A stretch of 32,000 nt of DNA from Caldivirga maquilingensis IC-167 (GCF_000018305.1 NC_009954.1:1320001-1352000), one strand, 5' to 3'. Counted from the stretch's first letter, positions 8,322 to 16,913 are shown. The notes: generated by a model from the letters alone, not told the origin. Made by a program: numbers and translations.

Positions 8322-9050
8322 ATGCCAACTATTCACGTGTATCAACAGGATAGTTACCTTAAGGAGGTGGATGCGAAGGTTATTGCTGTTGATGGTAGTA
8401 ACGTTATCCTTGATAAAACTATAATACACCCAAGTAGTGGTGGTGTTGTTCATGATACTGGCTTAATCATTACTAAGGGTGAGCAGTACAGGATTATTGA
8501 TGCTGTACATAAGAGGGATACTGATGATGTTATACACGTACTGGATAGGAGTCCTCAACTTAAGTATGGTGATGATGTTAAGGTTGTATTAGATTGGGAT
8601 AGGCGTTACAGGTTAATGAGACTCCACACTGCATCACACATAATGGCTGGGATAGCTTACTCAAAGTACAATGCCCTAGTAACTGGGGGTGATATTCAAC
8701 CAGACTACGCTAGGGATGATTATAGTCTCACAGCCGGTGGTGAGGAGCTTAGGAGGATATTCAATGAAATAGTGACTGAGGCTAATGAGATTGTTAAGAA
8801 GGGTATTGAGGTTAAGGTTTACTGGATGCCGCGTGAGGAGGCGCTTAAGGTACCAGGTATAGTTAAGTTAGCTGAGAGGGAGCCGCCGCCTGGTGATAAG
8901 TGGAGGATTGTTGAAATACCTGGTGTTGATGTTCAGGCTGATGGTGGTCCACATGTCGCTAATACTAGGGAGATTGGGGAAATCATTATTCAGAAGATTG
9001 AGAATAGGGGTAGGAATAAGAAGAGGATTTACTTCACTGTTAAGCCGTAG
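8322..9050 (+). CDS. alaX: Alanyl-tRNA editing protein AlaX (AlaX-M type)
   Basis: HxxxH motif (HTASH); C-terminal GGPHVANTREIGEI matches the AlaRS/AlaX second zinc motif region (CGGTHV.NTGEIG); the size of 242 aa fits AlaX-M. Confidence 0.8.
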   Translation: MPTIHVYQQDSYLKEVDAKVIAVDGSNVILDKTIIHPSSGGVVHDTGLIITKGEQYRIIDAVHKRDTDDVIHVLDRSPQLKYGDDVKVVLDWDRRYRLMRLHTASHIMAGIAYSKYNALVTGGDIQPDYARDDYSLTAGGEELRRIFNEIVTEANEIVKKGIEVKVYWMPREEALKVPGIVKLAEREPPPGDKWRIVEIPGVDVQADGGPHVANTREIGEIIIQKIENRGRNKKRIYFTVKP

Positions 9051-9068
9051 GAGTAGCAGTACCCATGG

Positions 9069-10799
9069 TTACTCAATTGGTATGCCCTTAGTCTTAATCT
9101 CAGTTAACTCCCTGGTTTCAAAGCCCTGTCTCACTGATATTATGAAGAAGATTATTGAGGCGGCTAAGGCCAATACGTAATCCCACGGGTACTTTAAGTA
9201 ACCCATACCTAGTGAACCAAGGTAGGATAAAGCACCCATAACAACCATGTAGCCTACAAACCATGATGCTGATGAAACCTCTAAGGCCGCATAAGATCCC
9301 TTAGCCTTATAACGGAGGTAAAGCAGTGAAGCCACCATCACCACAGTGAATATGCTCCAGTAAACAATGAAGCTTAGTTGATTTTCAATAAGGCCTAGGT
9401 ACATTGCTGAGGCAAGCGCAACCCAGTAGATTAAGGAGAATAATACGCTTTCCCTAGTGCTTAAACTTAACCTATCCCTATACCCCAGTATCATTAATGG
9501 TAATCCAAAGGCCGTGACAATGAACACATACCCTAGGCTAGGCCACCCTGTTAAGTATATTAACATTGATGAAGCCGTGAAGCTAAGTAGGCCTATTAAC
9601 CATGGTGAGCGTACACGGTAACTCCTCCTTAACTCTGGGGCTGTCCTCCTAAGTATCACCAGTGATGAGCCACCGGCCAGGTAGTTAACCACTGTGGCTG
9701 TTGATGATATGCTCACTATTTGGTACCAGGTTGGGAATGGGAGCAGGAATAGGAGCGCCAGTACCAGTGTGAATATCATTGAGAACCAGGGTGTTTGGAA
9801 TCTTTTATGAAGTGAACCAAATAATTCAGGGAAGTAACCCTGTCTTGAGAAACCGTAGAAGCTTCTAGCAGTAGTACCAATGTAGACGCCCATTGTGCCT
9901 GCTGGGGATACCCAAGCATCTATGAGCAAGATCACGGCGAATGTTATTAATAAGGCAATACCACTTGTGGTTAATTCGGTGTAGAATGGTGAACCAGCCC
10001 AATTAGATTGAGTAAGGTTCTGCCAGTCGCCTGGCTTAATTAATATGGTATACCTCCCTGAATTATCCTGTAGAAGTATTTTACCCCAGTCAATACCCCC
10101 AATGAAGGCAACCTCTAATGCTACGTATAAACCAGCAGTAACCAGTATTGATATTATTAACGCTAAGGGTACATCAACGTGAGGATTCCTTGCCTCACCC
10201 GCATACTCTAAGGCCTGCCTAAAGCCCTCGTAAGCCCATACTATGCCGCTTGGAATCATTGCGCTAAATACTGCTGACCAACCCAGGGGTATGAAGCCGC
10301 CGTATGCAGTGAAGTTGCTTGGATGGAAGTAAAGGGTTAAGAGTAGTATTACTGTTAGTGATGGTACTATGAATTTCCATATCGTTATAACTGTATTAAC
10401 CCTACTGAACACGTTCACGCCAATTATTTGAATTAGCGTGAACACTGCTATTAACGCCGCTGCGGCAGCAATGCCTAGTGGTGTTAAGTAACCTGAGGCC
10501 GAGCTAAACACTGGTAGGTACTTATTAGTGTACATTATTATTGCCTCAGCCTCCATGGCTACTGTGGTTGCTGCACCTATTAAGTAGGCCCAACCAAGCA
10601 GGTAATTTGATACTGAACCGTGGGCGTAATGATCTATGCGAACCAGTGAACCAGAGAAGGGTAGCATTGAGCCTAATTCAGCGTAGGCTAATCCAATGAA
10701 TATGAATAATACTGCTGCTATTATCCAGGATATTAATGACGCTGGACCCGCGTATGCTGCTCCAGCTAATGCTGCGAATAACCACCCGCTTCCAACCAT
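9069..10799 (-). CDS. Amino acid/polyamine (APC superfamily) permease; 5' end uncertain
   Basis: At least 12 hydrophobic helices and the TM1 motif GSGWLF...AGPASLISW. The reading frame stays open 27 codons upstream of the listed ATG without a canonical start codon (see findings). Confidence 0.8.
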   Translation of the reverse strand: MVGSGWLFAALAGAAYAGPASLISWIIAAVLFIFIGLAYAELGSMLPFSGSLVRIDHYAHGSVSNYLLGWAYLIGAATTVAMEAEAIIMYTNKYLPVFSSASGYLTPLGIAAAAALIAVFTLIQIIGVNVFSRVNTVITIWKFIVPSLTVILLLTLYFHPSNFTAYGGFIPLGWSAVFSAMIPSGIVWAYEGFRQALEYAGEARNPHVDVPLALIISILVTAGLYVALEVAFIGGIDWGKILLQDNSGRYTILIKPGDWQNLTQSNWAGSPFYTELTTSGIALLITFAVILLIDAWVSPAGTMGVYIGTTARSFYGFSRQGYFPELFGSLHKRFQTPWFSMIFTLVLALLFLLPFPTWYQIVSISSTATVVNYLAGGSSLVILRRTAPELRRSYRVRSPWLIGLLSFTASSMLIYLTGWPSLGYVFIVTAFGLPLMILGYRDRLSLSTRESVLFSLIYWVALASAMYLGLIENQLSFIVYWSIFTVVMVASLLYLRYKAKGSYAALEVSSASWFVGYMVVMGALSYLGSLGMGYLKYPWDYVLALAASIIFFIISVRQGFETRELTEIKTKGIPIE

Positions 10800-10926
10800 C
10801 CCGCTTATTGATATGAATAGTAGGTCACTAAACGTTAGTGTTTTCCGTAACTTAACCCCTGCCTCCTCATTATCGAAGACTCATCAGTCGGGTCATTAGG
10901 TGACTCTTTATAAACCTTTACTCACT

Positions 10927-10962
10927 ACTCATGGTAATAATTAAGGCATCATTACCATGAGT
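10927..10962. promoter_or_regulatory. Perfect 12-bp inverted repeat with 12-nt spacer (ACTCATGGTAAT-N12-ATTACCATGAGT)
   Basis: Read directly from the sequence. It lies in the divergent region between the APC permease 5' end and fba. Its function is unknown. Confidence 0.4.
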
Positions 10963-11035
10963 TAATTAACAAGGTGAGGCCTACGCTGCGATTAATTACT
11001 TACTCTATATAGTTGATTATACAAATCACACACCT

Positions 11036-11878
11036 ATGACTAGAAGGGTTAAAAAGATAAATACTAGTGGGCGCTGTATGCAAGGTGAATTAGTGGATAA
11101 GTTCAAGAGAATATTTGCAAGAAGGGGACGATCAATAATCTTGGCGTATGATCATGGTATAGAGCATGGTCCATCAGACTTCCTAGAGAACCCTGACTCA
11201 GCTGACCCAGCTTACATAGTTAAACTGGCTAAGGAGGCTGGATTCGATGGACTTGTACTACAGAGGGGTTTAGCGGAGAAGTACTATGATGGAAGCGTAC
11301 CCTTAATAGTTAAGCTAAATGGTAAGACAAACCTATACACTGGTGAACCATTATCAGTGGCTAACTGCACCGTGGAGGAGGCCGTTAGTCTAGGGGCAAG
11401 CGCCGTCGGCTACACCATATACGCTGGCAGTGGGTATGAGTGGAAGATGTTTGAGGAGGTTGCCAGGATAAAGAAGGATGCTTTAAGGTTCGACATACCC
11501 CTGGTAATATGGTCCTACCCAAGGGGAGGTAAGGTGAAGGATGAGACCGCGCCTGAAATAGTTGCCTACGCCGCTAGGATTGCCCTCGAGGTTGGGGCTG
11601 ATGCAATGAAGATTAAGTACACGGGTGATCCTAAGACATTCTCCTGGGCTGTGAAGGTGGCTGGCAAGGTTCCGGTACTAATGTCAGGTGGGCCGAAGAC
11701 TAAGACAGAGGTGGAGTTCCTGAAGCAGGTTGAGGGTGTTATTGAAGCTGGTGCATTAGGTATTGCTGTTGGTAGAAATGTCTGGCAGAGGAGGGATGCA
11801 TTGAAATTCGCTCAATTACTTGGTAAGCTAGTCTACGAGGGTAGGAAGGTTGAGGAATTGGCAGGTGAGGTGCAGTGA
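11036..11878 (+). CDS. fba: Archaeal class IA fructose-1,6-bisphosphate aldolase (DhnA/FbaB family)
   Basis: Motifs LAYDHG, KLNG, DAMKIKY (Schiff-base lysine region) and GRNVWQ. TATA-like CTATATAG at 11004..11011 is about 26 nt upstream of ATG 11036. An internal Met at 11078 is an alternative start. Confidence 0.88.
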   Translation: MTRRVKKINTSGRCMQGELVDKFKRIFARRGRSIILAYDHGIEHGPSDFLENPDSADPAYIVKLAKEAGFDGLVLQRGLAEKYYDGSVPLIVKLNGKTNLYTGEPLSVANCTVEEAVSLGASAVGYTIYAGSGYEWKMFEEVARIKKDALRFDIPLVIWSYPRGGKVKDETAPEIVAYAARIALEVGADAMKIKYTGDPKTFSWAVKVAGKVPVLMSGGPKTKTEVEFLKQVEGVIEAGALGIAVGRNVWQRRDALKFAQLLGKLVYEGRKVEELAGEVQ

Positions 11879-12885
11879 GGATTGGAGTATTGACTGGAGG
11901 TGGGGATGCCCCTGGGTTAAATATTGCTGTTTACTCTTTCATTAAGTTGGCTGAGAGGAATCATGAGGTTTATGTAATATACCATGGTTGGAGGGGGTTG
12001 CTTGAGAGGGAGGTTAGGAGAATAACGTCACTGGACCTAGTGGACTTCGCCTTCTCAGGTGGAACATACATTAAGACCTCTAGGACTAATCCATTTAAGG
12101 ATGAGGAGAGGGCTAGGTTACTTGAGAGGAATGTTAAGGAACTCGGCCTAGATGTTGTAGTGGCTATTGGCGGTGATGATACATTGGGTGCCGCAGGTGA
12201 GGCGCAGAGGAGGGGTATATTGAATGCAGTGGGTATTCCTAAGACTATTGATAATGATGTTTTTGGTACTGATTTTACTATTGGTTTTGATTCTGCTGTT
12301 AATGCTGCTGTTAATGTTACTGAGTCCTTTAAAACCACCTTAATCTCCCATGAGAGGATTGGTGTAGTGGAGGTTATGGGTAGGGAGGCTGGATGGGTAG
12401 CATTACACACTGGACTAGCAACAATGGCAGACGCAACACTAATACCGGAGAAGCAGGTTAGTTGGGATTCAGTGGTAAGGAGGGTTAAGGAGGCCTACGA
12501 GAAGAAGCACTGGGCCCTCGTTGTGGTTTCAGAGGGTATTAAGGAGTACGAGGGGCCAAGGGATGAATTCGGCCATGCTAGGCTTGGCGGTGTAGGTAAT
12601 GAGTTAGCTGATTACATTGAAAAGGCCACTGGAATAGAGACTAGGGCAGTTATACCAGGGCATATAATAAGGGGTGTGTCTCCATCAGCCTTCGATAGGA
12701 CTCTAGCCATAAGATACGCCACAGCCGCCTATGAGGCTATTGAGAACGATAGATTCGGCATAATGGTGGCCTACAGTAACGGTGAGTTAACGCACGTGCC
12801 CATTGTTGAGGTTGTGGGTAAGAATAAGCTAGTTAGTGGTTATTGGTTAAGGCTCTATGAAACCTACTGGGGGGACTTAAATTAA
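11875..12885 (+). CDS. pfp: Pyrophosphate-dependent 6-phosphofructokinase (PFK-A family)
   Basis: N-terminal IGVLTGGGDAPGLN; GGDDTLG and PKTIDND carry Asp and Lys where ATP-PFKs have Gly residues (GGDG / PGTIDND). The GTG start overlaps the fba stop (GTGA at 11875..11878). Confidence 0.88.
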   Translation: MRIGVLTGGGDAPGLNIAVYSFIKLAERNHEVYVIYHGWRGLLEREVRRITSLDLVDFAFSGGTYIKTSRTNPFKDEERARLLERNVKELGLDVVVAIGGDDTLGAAGEAQRRGILNAVGIPKTIDNDVFGTDFTIGFDSAVNAAVNVTESFKTTLISHERIGVVEVMGREAGWVALHTGLATMADATLIPEKQVSWDSVVRRVKEAYEKKHWALVVVSEGIKEYEGPRDEFGHARLGGVGNELADYIEKATGIETRAVIPGHIIRGVSPSAFDRTLAIRYATAAYEAIENDRFGIMVAYSNGELTHVPIVEVVGKNKLVSGYWLRLYETYWGDLN

Positions 12886-12916
12886 GTTATCTTCAAAATA
12901 AGGCTCCTCTTTTAAA

Positions 12917-14425
12917 TCAATGCTGAGTCAACTCTCTCTTACCTACTGGTAACGGAGTCCTGTATGGTTTAGTGCCCCTCCAGTACTCCTCCTCAACCTC
13001 TGGTGGTAAGTCATACTCCACTGGGTCCCTGACCCCATTAATCTTAAAGGCTAACCTACGCATAAAGCATGGTCCACACCGGCCGCAGTGCTTAGGCCCC
13101 TTATCGTAGCAGCTCCAGGTTAAGTGAAGTGGCGCCCCAATCTCTAGTCCCAGCTTCACAATCTCATGCTTAACCAAGTGCCCCACCGGCATTAGTAATT
13201 CAACGTGCTTATTCGGCCCCACTGCATACGGCATTACCTGGTTAAGGAGCCTAATGAACTCCATCTCGTTATCAGGGTAAGCACCAGCCTCCTCTAGATT
13301 CACCCCAGTGGCTACGTAGTCGTAACCCATGGCTTCAGCAATGGCCACTGCTAAGGCTATGAAGACCAGGTTCCGTGCTGGAACCCACTCATGCGCGAAC
13401 TCAGCTCCAGTAATCCCCTCCCTCCTCCTATTAATCTCACCATCACCAAGCAGTGGTGAATGCTTAACTATCTTGAAGAAGTCCATGTTAACCTCCAGTA
13501 ACGGCACGTTGAGGAATTCAGCAATCCTCCTCACTGCATTCTCCTCAGGTCCCTCGGCAACATGACCATAATTAAAATGCAGTAGTGTGACGTCATAACC
13601 CTGCTTAATTAACTGTGTTGCAGATGTTGTTGAATCCAAGCCACCGCTAGCCACCACTAGTACTCTCCTTGGCTTACTTGAATCAACTCTCCATAGACTT
13701 AACCTACGCCACCCACCCTCCCTGGAAACCTCAATGACACTGTAGGGTTCAATTCTCTTAACTACATTAGTCTCCCACGGTGGTTTATCAGGGTCCTCGA
13801 GGTAAGTGTCCAGGCTTGAGAAGAAGAGTGCATTTAATTCCCTATCCCACATGACGTACAGTGGCTTAAAGTTAACGGCCAACCATAGTCTACCCGGCCT
13901 CCTCCTATCAATAATGGCTAATGCAAAGGATCCAATAATCTCATCCCTTAGTATTTTCTGAAGACCCTCCAGTGAACCATCCCAAGCCTTCTCCAGGAGG
14001 GGTGGTAGTATCGATGAGTCTATTTTACTCATTTTCCTTATCCCATACTTACCCTCAAGTTCAATGTCATTGGCTATGGTACCGTTATGTGAAACAACCA
14101 CGTACTCACTAATCATTGGTTGAATATCATTAATCCCCTTCTCCTTAACATACTCAGTGGTTGGTTCAGCCCTATTATTAGCTATAGCCACTACTGTGTC
14201 GGTATCCAGTAGCCTTGAGTACTTGGGGAGTGTTTCACTAGCCTTACCCAGTGACTTAAATGACTTAATCCCCCCATCCCTACTCATTGTTACAATCCCC
14301 CAACTATCCCTACCCCTCTCCTCAGCCCTCATTACAATACTCCTTAACTTATCCTCAATACCCCTAATCCTCGCCTCATCCGGTTCCCCAAATATTAACA
14401 CACCGCTAACTGAGCATTCAACCAT
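12917..14425 (-). CDS. GAT-QueC fusion: class-II glutamine amidotransferase domain fused to a QueC-like PP-loop domain
   Basis: The N-terminal half has Ntn-amidotransferase motifs (Cys near the N-terminus, RGRDSWG, NNRAEPTTE, VSHNGTIAN, KIDSS). The C-terminal half has the PP-loop SGGLDS and the QueC-type zinc cluster CGRCGPCFMRR. Confidence 0.82.
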   Translation of the reverse strand: MVECSVSGVLIFGEPDEARIRGIEDKLRSIVMRAEERGRDSWGIVTMSRDGGIKSFKSLGKASETLPKYSRLLDTDTVVAIANNRAEPTTEYVKEKGINDIQPMISEYVVVSHNGTIANDIELEGKYGIRKMSKIDSSILPPLLEKAWDGSLEGLQKILRDEIIGSFALAIIDRRRPGRLWLAVNFKPLYVMWDRELNALFFSSLDTYLEDPDKPPWETNVVKRIEPYSVIEVSREGGWRRLSLWRVDSSKPRRVLVVASGGLDSTTSATQLIKQGYDVTLLHFNYGHVAEGPEENAVRRIAEFLNVPLLEVNMDFFKIVKHSPLLGDGEINRRREGITGAEFAHEWVPARNLVFIALAVAIAEAMGYDYVATGVNLEEAGAYPDNEMEFIRLLNQVMPYAVGPNKHVELLMPVGHLVKHEIVKLGLEIGAPLHLTWSCYDKGPKHCGRCGPCFMRRLAFKINGVRDPVEYDLPPEVEEEYWRGTKPYRTPLPVGKRELTQH

Positions 14426-14478
14426 TAATGCCAGGACTTAGTGACAGGTTTAAATGCTTATAGTGAAGGCACCGGGCG

Positions 14479-15042
14479 CTACGTTCCTGTGGCTGAGTCA
14501 CCCTTATTAATTGAGGATAATGCTGAACCATACATTAGCCTATGAACCTCACTGAGTAGTGTTATGAGGGTTTCCAAAACCATCTTCTTATTCACTGCAA
14601 TTAACGGGACAATCTTAATCTCCGGTTTAACACCAAGTATTGTCCTAATATCGTTAATACTTACCTTAGCTACATCCTGCTTATTCGCTGCAATAATGTG
14701 GGGTGTATTGGGGAATGCGTTTATGAAGTAATTATACATGAATACTGCGGCCTTAACGGACTCCAGGGATGATGAATCAACCATAAATATGTATGCATGC
14801 ATACCCCTAGCCACTATCCTCCAAAGGAAACTAAACCTCTCCTGCCCTGGCACACCAAATAAGTGTACAACAATATCGTTAACCCTTATCTTACCGTAAT
14901 CAAAGGCCACCGTGGTGGTTTTACCAGCTGTGGGTACGTCAGTTTCAATGGGTACCACTTCACTTAGGGTTTTAACGAAGGTTGTCTTACCTGCCCCATA
15001 GGGTCCAGCAATAACTAGCTTAAACACCTTAACCAAACTCAA
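14479..15042 (-). CDS. Small MglA-like / SR-beta-like GTPase
   Basis: P-loop GPYGAGKT; G3 reads GVPGQ (no Asp, comparable to TVPGQ of MglA); G4 is NKQD. The TTG start overlaps the upstream stop (TTGA at 15039..15042). Confidence 0.8.
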   Translation of the reverse strand: MSLVKVFKLVIAGPYGAGKTTFVKTLSEVVPIETDVPTAGKTTTVAFDYGKIRVNDIVVHLFGVPGQERFSFLWRIVARGMHAYIFMVDSSSLESVKAAVFMYNYFINAFPNTPHIIAANKQDVAKVSINDIRTILGVKPEIKIVPLIAVNKKMVLETLITLLSEVHRLMYGSALSSINKGDSATGT

Positions 15043-15521
15043 CCACCTCTAACCTCCAGTTCACTTAACTTACTCTTGAAGTAGTCAATCAACATTAATA
15101 CATCATCCTCAGTGATTTCATCACCCTCCACTGTGAACACTGGTTCAATATCCCTAGCCCTATTCATTAATTCCCTACTAACCTTAATCAACCTATCAAC
15201 GTACTTATTAAGCAGGTGAAGAGCACCCTCCATTACATGAGGCTCAGTTACGAATATTACCGTTAATTCATCATTCTTAATGGCGTAAACATAGGCTTTA
15301 CTTGACTTAACCTTAACCTGACTAATGCTATTAACCTTATTAACGAATACTACTAGCGAAGTGACGAGTGATTTCAAGTCACTTGGTAATTCACTTGCAA
15401 GCACAACATCATTATTACTGAAAACCAGTACACCAAGTATATTGATACCCAGTTCCTCCGTAATAACTTTAACCATTGAGTTTGGGTCAATTGTGTTAAT
15501 TCCCATTACGCTGAGGACCAT
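15039..15521 (-). CDS. Roadblock/LC7 (MglB-like) domain protein with acidic C-terminal helix
   Basis: The 160-aa protein has an alternating beta/alpha pattern (GVLVFSNNDVVLASELP...KAYVYAIKNDELTVIFVT) typical of Roadblock/LC7. It is translationally coupled to the GTPase gene, a pairing known for MglA/MglB-like modules. The assignment was made by eye only. Confidence 0.55.
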   Translation of the reverse strand: MVLSVMGINTIDPNSMVKVITEELGINILGVLVFSNNDVVLASELPSDLKSLVTSLVVFVNKVNSISQVKVKSSKAYVYAIKNDELTVIFVTEPHVMEGALHLLNKYVDRLIKVSRELMNRARDIEPVFTVEGDEITEDDVLMLIDYFKSKLSELEVRGG

Positions 15522-15636
15522 ATGGTTAAAGTAGTATATATGTTTTCCGCAGTATACGTTATATTAAGTGCATGGTTTTTTTATTTTTTAGGTAAATGAC
15601 TTATGACTTAGTAATTAAAGGTGGCTTCAAGGCTCC

Positions 15637-15945
15637 TTAAGGGTTATTGAGTGCATTTAAAATATCTCTAATAGTTAATTCACCTAGTATACTCACTTGA
15701 CCACGATTAAGCATTAGCCAACCTTTATCAGTCTTATAGAACTTAACATCAGCCTCACCGGTAATAATTAACTTACCCGTTGATTTAATGAAATTATTGA
15801 TTAATGCTAGTACTGATTCTAAGTCACCATCCCTAACCTCAACCTCGGCATCATACTCAAGCACACCGGTGAAGCCATCATTACTCCTCCTAGCCACCAG
15901 TAGCTTAAACGTCCTACCATCAGTAATACTGTAGATTACCTTCAC
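15637..15945 (-). CDS. Hypothetical 102-aa protein upstream of the Roadblock/GTPase pair
   Basis: ORF with a GTG start. TATA-like GATTAAAA lies about 25 nt upstream. No motif recognised. Confidence 0.5.
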   Translation of the reverse strand: MKVIYSITDGRTFKLLVARRSNDGFTGVLEYDAEVEVRDGDLESVLALINNFIKSTGKLIITGEADVKFYKTDKGWLMLNRGQVSILGELTIRDILNALNNP

Positions 15946-16118
15946 CGAGCTAACGGGTTAAGTGGGGTTTTAATCTTTATGCACATATTCATTAATCAAT
16001 ACTTCATTAAATTCTTATATTATTAAAGTAATTATCATTCATAGTAATATGACTAAAACATGCATTATGAACCGGTATACTTAAAAGGAGAGCAGGAACT
16101 AAAAATATTGGTGAAGTT

Positions 16119-16913
16119 ATGGGAGGCAGGTTAATAATTCTAGGTGCCTGTATGCTCATATTAACGTTAATCGCACTGGCGTTTGCACCATTGGCGGTTA
16201 AGCCAATATTGATTTCACACCCAATGATTAAGCAAGGTTTAACAAGTCTCTCATCAAGTGTAAGTAGCTTAAACTGGGCTGGCTACGCAGTACCTGCAGA
16301 GAAAGGTACTGTAACCAGTGTGGCTGGCTCCTTCATAGTACCATCAGTTACTTGCACCACCGGGCAGACGACATATGTGGCTCTTTGGACTGGATTAGAT
16401 GGGTATAATGATACCACTGTTGAGCAGGCCGGTATAGCTGTTGAGTGTGAAAACGGTAAACCCATTTACTGGGCATGGTATGAGTTTTATCCATCACCAT
16501 CAGTGACAATTAAAGGATTCACTGTTAATCCCGGTGACGATATTTACGTCAACGTAACATATCTAGGTCATGGTAAATTCCAAGTAACCATAAAGGATGT
16601 AACGAAGAGTGAAGCATACTCAACAACAGGTAGAGTAAGTAAGGCGGAATTATCATCAGCCGAGTGCATACTAGAGAGGCCTGTGGTTAATGGTCAATTA
16701 TCTTCACTAGCCAACTTTGGGACAGCCTACTACGGCCAGGATTACACCAGTATCCTAGACACATGTTACGCAACTGTAAGTGGGGTAACTGGGCCGTTTG
16801 GTTTATTCCCATCAGTGGTGAGTATAATCATGGTTAATAACTCTGGTGAAACATTGGCTTATCCATCATCATTAACCTCAGATGGCTCAAGCTTCACAGT
16901 AACATATGGTTAA
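16119..16913 (+). CDS. Secreted glutamic peptidase, family G1 (eqolisin / Peptidase A4)
   Basis: N-terminal hydrophobic signal or anchor; SLNWAGYAV (family motif S-x-NWAG); ALWTGLDG...VEQAG (catalytic Gln region); SSAECILERP (catalytic Glu region, compare AEWIVE). Confidence 0.75.
   Translation: MGGRLIILGACMLILTLIALAFAPLAVKPILISHPMIKQGLTSLSSSVSSLNWAGYAVPAEKGTVTSVAGSFIVPSVTCTTGQTTYVALWTGLDGYNDTTVEQAGIAVECENGKPIYWAWYEFYPSPSVTIKGFTVNPGDDIYVNVTYLGHGKFQVTIKDVTKSEAYSTTGRVSKAELSSAECILERPVVNGQLSSLANFGTAYYGQDYTSILDTCYATVSGVTGPFGLFPSVVSIIMVNNSGETLAYPSSLTSDGSSFTVTYG

Noticed and set aside
11036-11078. A shorter fba start at Met15 (11078), which would give a size closer to characterised archaeal aldolases.
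   Set aside because: It is not excluded, but the best TATA-like element (11004..11011) is positioned for a leaderless start at 11036, so the longer call is retained.
12917-14425. The QueC-like domain as part of a defence or DNA-modification system (Qat or Dpd type).
   Set aside because: No partner genes (ATPase, TatD, DpdA/B-like) are adjacent. The fusion to a class-II amidotransferase matches the tRNA archaeosine-related GAT-QueC architecture instead.
15576-15589. A T7-A-T6 tract that looks like an archaeal oligo-T terminator on the + strand.
   Set aside because: No + strand gene ends upstream of it. It lies in the upstream region of the - strand Roadblock/GTPase operon and is more likely just AT-rich promoter-flanking DNA.
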